Source: Lingula anatina
Lineage: Eukaryota > Animalia > Brachiopoda
Assembly (NCBI GenBank): GCA_051362555.1
Contig: CM120640.1
Span: 620,001-684,000, forward strand
Direction: 5' to 3'
DNA length: 64,000 nt
In this document: positions 51,730-64,000 of the stretch, in pieces
Layout of the letters: each line of letters opens with the position of its first letter
How positions within the stretch are numbered: the first letter of the stretch is position 1
Translations under genes and position numbers: made by a program
Notes under the pieces: generated by a model
Seen by the model: only the letters and a program-made list of their open reading frames with translations
The model's database searches: none
Told to the model about the DNA's origin: nothing

Positions 51730-52632
51730 TCAAATGGCATCTTTCTCCTTCTTCAGTCTCTCAAATTCATCTGTTAAAGCATTAAATTTTTGCAAGACAT
51801 CGGCGTTGGACAAAGCCTCTTTCTGCCTGGCGGCAAATGCTTCATTGATAGAACTGTCATCAACAGGAGCAGCCTCCTGGGGTTGAGCTTCTGGTCTCTG
51901 CAGAGGTTGAGCGGCTGAAGCTTCATTTAAGGGAGAACCTTCACTGGGTGTTTGCTGCGTTGCTTCTGTTGTCTCTGACTCCGGTCGTGCGTCTAATGGC
52001 ATGTCATTTTGAGAATTGTCTACTCTGAGAACATTTTCGTTTGGATCAACAACTTTTTCTGCACCTTCATTGGAATCAGTTGTCTTTTGTTGTAGCTGTG
52101 CATCTAAAACTGCATTCTGAGGACGATCTAAACTAGGGACTTCTACGTTTGGGTTTGTTTTGATAGTTTCAGATTCTCCTTCGACACCAGGCGCATCTTC
52201 TGCGTCCTTATCTTCATCTTCTTCGTCAGAAGTATCCGGAGAAGATTTTTCTTGATCTTGAGCTCCATTATTCGGGACGATTGGATCTGACCCTACAGTT
52301 GTTGTTTCGGACGCAGGCAAAGAACTCTCTGTAGAGAATAGCATAGAGGAAAACGAGCTGCCCATAGTGGACGAGGAGGCCGCAGTGACGTCACGCATCG
52401 CGTGCTGCCCATTGGAGACGACTCTATCCTTCAACGTGCCGACAGCCATCTTGGAATTGAGGGCCTCGATATGTTGGCGTAGCACAAGTATGTCCAAGGC
52501 AGTCTTCGCCGTTAAAATAAGGACAATGACGAGACCAAAACAAACCGCCAGGCGAAATAATTTGAGTTTGTGTATCCATAGGTATTTAGTGCCGTATTTC
52601 TGTGCTTCAACGTCCATTATAGAGGGATTCAT
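51730..52632 (-). CDS. Uncharacterised type II membrane protein (TM anchor, acidic low-complexity stem, C-terminal helical/coiled-coil segment), 300 aa, single coding exon
   Basis: 900-nt open frame with coding-like composition. Basic residues precede the hydrophobic LAVCFGLVIVLILTA; S/T/E/D/Q/P-rich middle; ends LQKFNALTDEFERLKKEKDAI. No recognisable catalytic domain. Confidence 0.7.
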   Translation of the reverse strand: MNPSIMDVEAQKYGTKYLWIHKLKLFRLAVCFGLVIVLILTAKTALDILVLRQHIEALNSKMAVGTLKDRVVSNGQHAMRDVTAASSSTMGSSFSSMLFSTESSLPASETTTVGSDPIVPNNGAQDQEKSSPDTSDEEDEDKDAEDAPGVEGESETIKTNPNVEVPSLDRPQNAVLDAQLQQKTTDSNEGAEKVVDPNENVLRVDNSQNDMPLDARPESETTEATQQTPSEGSPLNEASAAQPLQRPEAQPQEAAPVDDSSINEAFAARQKEALSNADVLQKFNALTDEFERLKKEKDAI

Positions 52633-52848
52633 CACAAAACATACACAACCAGCTAAGCTAAATGATGATTATTTGACTTTCAACAGATGTTGGCTTTGTT
52701 ATAAATTCATGAGTATATTTCTGCTGGTAATATTTTAGTACAGCAACGATACCGTAATGGGCCCACAGCTCAATTTATTATTGAATACATATGAACGTAT
52801 CCATTCGTTGGCTTAGTTCAGTTAATTGAATATTTTGTTTTAAGTCAC

Positions 52849-54243
52849 CTATTGATATGGATAGTCATTTTGGAAGTTTTTCAAACAAATTTTAAATGCC
52901 TCCAATTCTTCTTGAAAGTCGGGACCTTGAGCTTTCATCAATTTTTCAAATTTTTGCCGAAAATGTGAATATAAAAAATAGTCCCCCAAACTCCACTGCA
53001 TGTGGAGTCTCCTTAATTCAGGGTCATCAACATGTTTATATGTGTAGTTTAAAACATTTCTGGAAGCAAATAAAATATCATCCATGTCCCAGCACAGAAG
53101 TCGTCTGAGTAATATTAAGCTTTCGTCCATGAATTCAGATATCATGATGAAGTCAAATTTTTCATCTATATATGCAATAAATTGTTTTATAAACGTAATA
53201 TTGTTTCTCAAAGTGTCGTCTTCATCCGGAAACCCAAAATGAAAAAGCATACTGTTTCTAACAAAAGCAGACGCTGGTTTTGTGCCACCTCGATAATACT
53301 TCTGCGGGTTTCTCAAAAATTCTCGCATGGGGTCCGCGTTAAATATGTTGTACTTTTTATCAAAATGGAAAGCATTAAAAACTGACTTAAACTGCGAAAA
53401 CGGCTCTCGTAATATCGTTGTGTAGAAGGTATCGGCGTGCATCACTCTCTTCAGGACCTCTTCGTCGTACACCATATGATGTAGAATCATATCAAACTTG
53501 TCTTCAGTCCCATTCAGGGGAACGGTGTTGATGAATTCCATCTTAATCTTTGGGGGTCGAGGAATCTTGGAAGCGTCCACAGGACCCCAAAAATGATATC
53601 CATATTTAGGTTCAGCCACACGTAAATCATAAAATCTGCGGTACCTGTTGAAGATCTGTACTATTGTCGTTGAGCCACATTTATGATTCTTCAGATAAGC
53701 TACGTGTTGCCGTGGCTTGCAAGTGGTTTCAACAGCACCAAGCAGAGGATAGTAGTTCATTAACCATTCTTTGGGGCAGTATTCATACCTGAAATTTTGT
53801 AAATTATTTTCATATGACACCCTTGAAATAAAAGATACTGAGCCTACACATTGGTTATGTACAAGCACTTTAAGTTAGAGAGGTGTCACGGTGTGCAATC
53901 AGTAGACCAACAATAGCGTCTATCATTTACTGATATTAAGACACCGGCTTCCTCCTACACGTGATCAAAACGCTTTTAAATGTCACATTCATGTTTATAA
54001 TAATAATTGATAGAGAACACGAAAACTTGTTTCAGCCATTTACCTTGTTTTCACCGATTTGGCCTGGAAATTGTAACCCGAGAAAATAAAGTTTTCTAAT
54101 CCGAATGGTAGAATGACCAGCCACAGCACCACAAAGAAGACATAAAGGCACAATAAGCTCAGGAAGGAACGCCCCCGCACGTGGATCACCACCGTCCAAA
54201 AAATGGCTGCCAGCTTGGACCGGTGTCGCCCAATAGCGGCCAT
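52849..54243 (-). CDS. GAL3ST-like paralog D, 379 aa
   Basis: Exons 54243-54044 (TM anchor, phase-2 donor AG|GTAAAT) and 53788-52849. Motifs YLKNHKCGSTT, ILREPFSQFKSVFNAF and EFMDESLILLRRLLCWDMDDILF. AATAAA on the minus strand at 52779-52774. Confidence 0.9.
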
Positions 54244-55151
54244 CTTGACATCAGAGACAGAGCTTGCTGGTTAAAAGTTAATTGTGTTATTTTCCATCTT
54301 GTCTTCTCGGCACGAAATCTTTCCAATATCTACAAGTACCTTAATCACGTGCATATAAAAACTATACTTTAATATAAAATTGTCGACGCCAGGCTTAAAA
54401 CTATATGAATAACCAAAGACAACCGTTACCTTCCACTGGTGTAGATCAAATATGTATGACACCAAGTCTGCCCTCAATGGAAGTCTGGCTAAGGCTTTTG
54501 TTGCATTCTCTTTTCCTTAAATCTTAGAGAACACTTCGCCGTTAGTTTTTCTAATGTGTATCTATAACAGCTGAGGTTGATGCAAAATTCAAGTGTGGCA
54601 AATGCAGAAATTTTCAAAACAAGAGCAATATATAAAATAAATGAGTAAATCTTAATCTAACATTTTTAAAAACTGCAGTAAAAGTGCTTATATTATTAAA
54701 AGGCAATGTTCTAAATATTTTTTCACAGATATCAAAGCAAACAAAATGTCAAATCGTTTACAAATAATATCAGTGTTTAATGCCTGGCCATATGCAAATC
54801 ACGATCAGTGAAAGTGCCGTTGCCAAGGTTACTGTCACCATGGAATCCACATTTTGTTCATTTATTCATGTGCAGCTGTTCCTAATATGGTGCTCCAAAC
54901 AACTGTAACACTATCATGTTAACCTGCCACGTACAAGAGTTACAGCTATATCTTACTGTTCTGGCTCTAGATTGGTCAAGAGTTGGTGCCCGGGGTCTCT
55001 AAATGCTGTAACCATCACCGAGGGTGGCAGTGTAGTGCCGACATTTACACGACACGTCACTTTGATTAATAAATAAATAATCAGTAGAAGAATAGGCAGG
55101 TTCTCGCTGTTTGGGCGCAGTTCGCGGAGAAGGGAACGATTTCGGACACTA

Positions 55152-58100
55152 ATGATCAGAAGAGCCATGAGGCTGCCAGGCCCGGCAACTCTGCACCAGC
55201 GGCCGGCGGCCATGATGATGTTCGCCGTGGTCATCGTCTATTTTCTAGTCTGGGTTGCCTTGACAACGTCTGGGGACGAGGTTTACACGTTCCGTATGAG
55301 TGAACGCCATGAAAGCGATGAGGTGCACAGGTAAGCGGCTAAATATTAAAATTTGGTTGGGTGACCGCGTATCTTTTTTTATTACATGTAAAAAATATTG
55401 ACCAACATTCCCCCCCCCCAAAAAAAAAAAATAAATAAATAATAAAAAATAAAATAAAATAAAAATAAAAATAAAATAAAATAAAATAAAAATAAGACAC
55501 TGAATAAACATTCAAGTGGGTCGGCCATGCTGTAAGTCCACTGTTATGAATACGCTCTTAATGGCTAAAACTAGATTATCTTTCGCGAACAAATCTAACC
55601 AGTAACTGGTACAATTTCTGTCGTGAGGGATTATTTCATAAGATATATAGAGAGAGATCCAGGTAGGAATCCGTACATTTGTAGTAGGATAATATTTCTT
55701 GGATACTTTTCAACAAAAGGAGAAGAGCGTTGCTTTTGTCTGCGTGTGGACCAAGCATTTAAACGAATACGTCTGAGATGTTAAGATTCTATATCATATA
55801 CTTTAGACTATTATATGACCCTGGTAATATTCTATTACAACATAAATGGTATTAAACGATAAAGGCCACAACGCCTTGATATATTTCAACATTACGCTGC
55901 ATACACATTGTAGATTAGTACAGACAGTTTAAATATAGATAGCTTAAATATAAATAAATTATTTAATTAAGCTTCATGTTTGCCTAAGAGATATTGCTCT
56001 TCGCTTCAGTTCGACGATGTTCGTGCCCACTGTGGAAGTGGACTTTCCAGACGGGACAACAAAGATGACGATGGACTTTGAGTCCACCCCCTCCACTATC
56101 TTTACTACCCTCAGCATCCCTAGTACGACGTCATTGCCCCCAGATGTCCGCTTTTTGGATAACTACATTGAAGATGGTAGGGAGTTACCATTTCGCCGCA
56201 GAGGGTGTCTGAATATTGTCGTGCAATCCTCTTTGCTGCTCATAGTCACGAACGCACACACACATATGCATGCACGCGCCCACACACCCATTTACATTAA
56301 GAAATTATAATACATGCAGAACTGGGCCCCGTAACTCGAAAGCATAGCGCATTGCGACCAAGCGCAACCATCTCGATTCCATAACTCGCCCATACTCGAC
56401 CCATATAATACATTGTAGCCTCTATGTGATATCGCTATTCGCAATACGCGATGCTTTCGAGTCACGGGGCCCTGGGTACATCAGTAATTATATATTATGG
56501 TAATTTAAATTCTGCCATGTAAATATTATTTTGAAAGCACCCCTTGCCTGATAGTGTGGCTAAAACATGTGGCTTCTAATGCAAGCGTTATCAGTGCAAA
56601 TCGTATAATCTAATATTTCTTATCAGACTTTTTGAAAAGTTCTTTTATTCCTCGCCTTAGTTTGCGTTTGTTTATAGTTACTAAGAGTAAATTAATTTTA
56701 TTGTTTACAGAACCTAACACCAGTCCATATACCTTTTTTACCACGTTATCTACTCCAGCAGTTAACATCGTAAATCAACCCAACTTACCAAATGTTGAAA
56801 CCTTACCTGGAAAAGAAGAACCTTTAGTTATACCGGTGGAACAACCAGCGCCGAAACCTGAAAGTCCAAAATTACCGCCTGAAAACACAGCAGCCAATCA
56901 AAACGCCAGTAAACCTAAAGGAGAATCTAACCAATTGAAAGGACCGGTGCCACAAATAGCGCCAAAAGTCGGTGTAGCACAACCCCCTCAGGTAGGCCAA
57001 GAACGTGACAGTTTAGATATCCCCCAGCCAAAACAACAATCACAAGTGCAGCAACAACAACAACAACAACAGCCTGTGCTTAAACAAAAAGCACCTGTCA
57101 TTATAAACCCTGATCAAAAGAAATCTGTAGATACTGCACAAGCCGACAGCAGCCAACCAAACGAGGAGTCAAAGCCGAATACACAACATATCATACGCAG
57201 CGCCTCTGGCGGCGGGGTCATGCAGTTCGGGTACCTACCAGATGATAATAACACACAGTCAGGACCAGCGACCAATGTGCAGGCAAGGACCACCGTTTTG
57301 CGAAGCATATATAATTTAACAAAAGCTGTCATGTCCAGATCCAGGGTTCCGGTCATGGACAAACCCAAACCTAACTGTACTGTGTACAAGCATGTTGTTT
57401 ATGTTAAAATTTCTGAAACGGGGTCGACCATGTTCTTTGACGTCATGCGACGATTTGCCCTCAAATATTCTTTGGCCCGAGCACTGCCAAGGTTCCGTAT
57501 GCATTTTTATGGGGACGAAAACGTAGCTTTAATACCAAGACCTGCCAAAATCAAACAAAGATTTGTTCGAATTGATCGACCGCAGCAGAGATTTGACGTC
57601 ATGTACCACCACATGGTTTTCGACGGTGACATCGTAAGCCGAGTTATGCCACGTGACACCTTCTACGTCACAATGTTGAGATATCCTTGGGCTCAATTCA
57701 AATCAGTATTGAATAAGTACAACTTGCTGCAAAAATACGCCCCAGGAAACGACACAGCCATAGAACTTGAGCAATTCCTTGAAAATCCGTACAAATACTG
57801 GCGAAATGGTTCAGTCCGAACCTCTGCCTTTTCGCGCAACGGCATGATGATGGAGTTGGGGTTTCCAGACGAGACAGAAGACGTCCGGAATGACGATCTG
57901 GTTATCCAAGCTTACATCAAATACTTGGAGCAGAGGTTTGGCTTAGTTATGCTGGTTGAATTCCTAGACCAGAGTCTAATACTTCTCCGTCGCATGCTTT
58001 GTTGGGAAATGGAAGACATTCTTTATACTCCCATGGAAGGCAATAACTACCCTTTTAAGGGAAACAAGGACCAAAAACTTATTTCAGCGCACCAGAAGTG

Positions 58101-58332
58101 GAGTAAAGCCGACTATGCCGTGTATAGACATTTCAAAGAGAAGCTGCTTGGTCTCATTAACAAACAACCTGCTGAGTTTCATGACGAAGTACTTCTTTTC
58201 AAACGAGCTCTTGAATATGTGAAGATATGTGGCAGCCCCAGCAACGTGAGAATCTTACGACGAAAAGGAAAACCGTATGCTTCCGATGATGTTATTAACT
58301 GCTCCAGTCAACCTGTTAGAAAAATTACTTAA
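55152..58332 (+). CDS. GAL3ST-like paralog E with long Pro/Gln/Thr-rich stem and degenerate 5'-PSB motif, ~655 aa
   Basis: Exons 55152-55330, 56010-56176 and 56711-58332 (phases 2 and 1 close; the start could be a downstream ATG such as 55167). TM MMMFAVVIVYFLVWVAL. 3'-PB MLRYPWAQFKSVLNKY and EFLDQSLILLRRMLCWEMEDILY are retained, but the KxHK motif reads KISE. Confidence 0.87.
56325..56471. mobile_element. Harbinger-like MITE (147 bp) in intron 2 of paralog E
   Basis: TIR GGCCCCGTAACTCGAAAGCAT / ATGCTTTCGAGTCACGGGGCC with 3-bp CTG on both flanks (56322-56324, 56472-56474). Confidence 0.75.
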
Positions 58333-59530
58333 CACGACTATATCAGCATAATGTTCCAAGTGTATACAATTTAAAAACATTTGAAAGGAGGAGGGACTGC
58401 TTTTATAGAACTAGAATGTGCAATATGTCCATAAATGTATGTAGTAGGGCGCTAAAGAAACAAAGGATACCTGAGATTGTTAAATGTTTTTTACCCTCTC
58501 GTGTGGTTTGCGGGTGCTTCAGTATGGCATGGTTAAAAGTGATCGGCAAAGACCGTGTTACGCGCAGTTAGAGAATCCACAGTAGAAAATTAAATAATTT
58601 AAGTGTTTATAATGTTGTACGAACGTCTTTCTTAAAGTGCTCCAAGCCAGGATTTTGAACGCATTCTAAGAGCATGAATTGCTTCCTATTGAACTTACCC
58701 TCGAACGAAAAAAAAAAAAAAAAACCTTTTAAACATCATTAAATCGATATCTCAAAAATAATCACATTCACTGTCCCCTGTTTAAGCGTGGGTTTTGATC
58801 TTTTGCTTTTTCAAAAAAAAAAAAAAAAAAAAAAATAAATAAATAAAAAATAAATAAATAAATAAAAAAAATAAAAAAAAAATAAATAATAATAAAATAA
58901 ATAAAAAATAAATGAATGAATAAAATTTTTTTAAAATAATAAAGGTTGGTATGTTGAACGAGTTGTTGGCAGGAAAATCCTGGCTTAGAAGGGTTTTACA
59001 TTTGTCATACAACCGAAGAAAGCAATTTCAAGATGAACAAATACACAATAGTCATCGTTTATGGTATTGCACAAAAAGGCACAAAGACCTAGTATCCTTA
59101 TATGATAAACACACACACACACAAAACCGTTTAATACACCAAACAACCTTGCCAGCATAAAATATATCTAGCAGCCTATTGTAGAAATTGTACTGAATCA
59201 GATACACTCACAGGCAATCATTTGTATCTAATTAACTCACATACGATGCATCTTTATTGAAATATATTTAATATTGTCCAAGTAATATAGTAAATACTCT
59301 TCATAACAATGTCCTCAATTTACATAAACCTATATGTAATTGCAACCCAACTCCAAGAATTAAGGTAAAAACAATTTTGGAAATAAATGCAGTACTAAAA
59401 ATATGGAAAATCCTTACTGTGCAGACTCAGAGAAAATAAAATTAAATAACAAGCTTAAACGTAAGTCTTCATATGCAAATGGGGTTAAAGCTGCTTAAAA
59501 ATATTAACAACAGAGAAATTGGCATTGCTC

Positions 59531-59895
59531 AAATGCCATGTTGGCTGTTTCCAATGTCCTGTTGGCTGTATACAGATTTCAATGCCATGTTGGCTGCACA
59601 CAGTTTCCAATGTCCTGTTGGCTGCACACAGTTACCAATGTCCTGTTGGCTGCACACAGTTTCCAATGTCCTGTTGGCTGCACACAATTTCCAATGTCCT
59701 GTTGGCTGTTTCCAATGTCCTGTTGGCTGCACACATTTTCCAATGTCCTGTTGGCTGCACACAGTTTCCAATGCCCTGTTGGCTGTTTCCAATGTCCTGT
59801 TGGCTGCATACAGTTTCCAATGCCCTGTTGGCTGTACACAGTTTCAAATGTCCTGTTGGCTGCACAGTTTCCAATGCCCTGTTGGCTGCACAGTT
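59531..59895. repeat. Minisatellite, 14 units of 28 bp (with 21- and 26-bp variants), consensus TTCCAATGTCCTGTTGGCTGCACACAGT
   Basis: GTTGGCTG counted 14 times between 59540 and 59888. Lies ~150 bp downstream of the AK6 stop and upstream of a minus-strand AATAAA at 59258-59253. Confidence 0.95.
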
Positions 59896-60041
59896 TCTTC
59901 AGTTATGCTTTAGTTATGCTAAAGTGCACAAGCGGTTGCCAAACCCCTCAATAGGGGGCAGGGTGGGGCCGAAGGAAGCCAGGCATACAAAAGGTGGTTC
60001 TTACTCTTTTTGAACTACGCTAAACCTTTACACATCATATT

Positions 60042-61858
<1,817 letters not shown>

Positions 61859-61917
61859 TTTCACTTCCTGTCACGCAGGCGCACTGCAAGCCAGGTCAAA
61901 GGGCATCCGCGTGTGCC
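61859..61917. promoter_or_regulatory. Very compact bidirectional promoter between AK6 and LMF1
   Basis: 59 bp between divergent ATGs. Contains ETS-type CACTTCCTG, NRF1-like GCAGGCGCA, and a YY1-type CGCCATTTT overlapping the AK6 start codon. Confidence 0.65.
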
Positions 61918-63974
61918 ATGTCTGCAACAACAGTGAGGCGGCGCAAGGTTCAGCAGCAAGATGAAAGCGACCACGGTGACACGACAGACAGCGTCCAGGA
62001 AAGTTGCAACGTGAAAAAAGAGTTATCAGATATGAAAATAACACTTCAGCTTGAAGCTGGAAGTTATTGGCTGACTCGCATTTTCTTCTTGAGATTCCTG
62101 GGCTTTATTTATGGTAAGTCAAAGACACTGACAGGTGCGTGGTACTTTAATTAGTCTGATTAATTTCTCCTAAAGAGGTTGGTGTCGTAATTTATTTGTA
62201 TTTGCACATGCCTTTTTATGACTTTATAGCCTATATTTCACCGATTACTGAAGTTTTCTTCATCTACATTGTACATTACCTTACATTACTAAGCAACAAT
62301 TTTATTATGACAGATTAATATTTAATAATTGACTTGATTTAGATTAAGTCCAGACTTATTTTGTGTTCTGACTTTTTTATTCTCTGTGTTGTAGGAAATA
62401 TGTCACCATAATTATCAGTGTTATGCACAAGTCATATCAGCCTTATTTTTAAAAAAAATTCTACTGGTACTTACCAATAAATTAATTTATATATTTATTT
62501 CAGCTGTGGCTTTTTTAGTTGGATATCATCAAAACATTCAACTAATTGGCCAGAAAGGACTTCTTCCTGCAGCAAACCACCTGAAGAAGATATGGTCTCA
62601 CACAGGAGGGTCTCTGTTCCAGTCCCTGAACTACGCCCCCACTCTGCTGTGGTTTGTGAACTATGAGGATCACATGGACCTGTATCTGACTGCTATATCC
62701 CTGTGTGGACTGATGTTATCTCTACTGCTGGTTGTACTGGGCTCAGCCAACATGCTGATGATGTCTGTACTCTGGGTGCTCTATCACTCCCTGGTCAATG
62801 TGGGCCAGAGATGGTCAGTATAAACAACACTGAGGGTGATATAGGGGGTTCTCTTTCTCTGACAGTTCATTCTTATTTATTACCGTTGCTGAAGAGTTGA
62901 AGAAGTTATACCAGTAAATAGATTAACTTATTGTTTGTTGTGATCTTGTATCACAAGGTGAGAAGTAAAAAAAAAAATGAAATGATAGAAATATACATGT
63001 TTAGGAAAACCTGAAGAAGTTAAATTATGAAGTTAAATCATTGTATGAATTTTATTTTGGAGTTGAGAGTCTAACTAAGATATCTCCTCCTCTTTTCTCT
63101 TCAGGTATTCCTTTGGTAAGTGAAACAAGTAAATTATATTTTTAATAAAAGCAGATATCAGATAAAGAGCAAGTTATCAGATATATATATATGTTTTCCT
63201 CAATGTTAATGAGTTGTAATGGGAATTATACAAAAAGTAAACTATTTAGTTTTGTTGCAGTATAAAAACTGTATATAAGTCAAAAACCTATTTGGAAAGA
63301 TTTTGAGGGGAATATTTTCAAAATTTCATTTATTAAACTGTAATTCAACTTTCTTTTTGCCAATGTTACATGATGAAATTTTCAGGATGGGAATCTCAGC
63401 TCCTGGAGAGTGGGTTCCTGGCAATATTTTTCTGTCCTCTTCTCTCCTTGCGTCCTGTGCCCAGAAAAACTCCGCCATCTTGGGCAGTCATCTGGGGCTA
63501 CAGGTGGCTCATCTTCAGGATAATGCTTGGGGCAGTAAGTTACATGTAGAGATAATACACTATCACCTGATCAATATATGCCAAAATACTTCAAGATCCT
63601 TTAAGAGATGTTCCAGTCATATATTTTGCAAGAGGATGGCAATCAATTTCTTACATACATACTCGTAATCCACTGAAAACACCCCAAAAAAACAAAACAA
63701 AAAAATTTTTGTTGACATAGTCACATAACATCTCTTGGTATTTATGTTAGTGATCTTCTGTTTAGGAAAAAAAGCCTAAAAAGCCTAATTGTTTTCAAAG
63801 TTAAATTTTTTTTCAAAGATAGTATCAAATATGTTTTTGTTATTTAAAGAATTTTGAAATATATATTGAATATTTGCAAAAAAGTTGCATATTTTCTTCC
63901 TGTTTCAGGGTCTTATCAAAATCCGAGGAGACCAGTGTTGGAGAGATTTGACTTGTATGAATTATCACTATGAG
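61918..63974 (+). CDS. LMF1: Lipase maturation factor 1, 5' part (exons 1-5; continues beyond the window)
   Basis: Exons 61918-62113, 62504-62813, 63105-63115 (11-nt microexon), 63386-63534 and 63909-63974. They give GSYWLTRIFFLRFLGFIY, QLIGQKGLLPA, SLVNVGQRWYSFGWESQLLESGFLAIF and WLIFRIMLGAGLIKIRGDQCWRDLTCMNYHYE. Confidence 0.93.
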
Positions 63975-64000
63975 GTAATGGACATGTTATATCTGTGACA

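Noticed and set aside
59473-60013. Cys/His-rich ORFs in all six frames (metallothionein-like FQCPVGC repeats), and a superficially CRISPR-like 28-bp periodicity
   Set aside because: By-product of a stop-free 28-bp minisatellite that cycles through frames. Units are contiguous with no unique spacers, the genome is eukaryotic, and there are no cas genes.

Overview
AT-rich animal genomic DNA with GT-AG introns, probably a marine invertebrate (inferred from gene content and repeat types; species not identifiable). Gene order: (1) a complete 16-exon LRP5/6 (arrow) Wnt co-receptor gene on +, 1917-30678, 1629 aa, with all splice phases closing; (2) a transposon-rich spacer holding a 1-kb Harbinger-type MITE and a 3.8-kb element with ~570-bp terminal inverted repeats around a decayed Tc1 transposase; (3) five galactose-3-O-sulfotransferase-like (GAL3ST) paralogs, one with a degenerate PAPS-binding motif, plus an orphan anchor-and-stem protein with no catalytic domain; (4) AK6 (-) and LMF1 (+, running off the window), head-to-head with 59 bp between start codons. 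The most unusual signal is four independent local duplications that straddle exon/intron junctions (three in LRP5/6, one in AK6). In AK6 the intronic copy of the exon end differs from the real exon only at synonymous positions, although as arranged it cannot be translated. All gene models were built by eye from the sequence, with no database searches or expression data.
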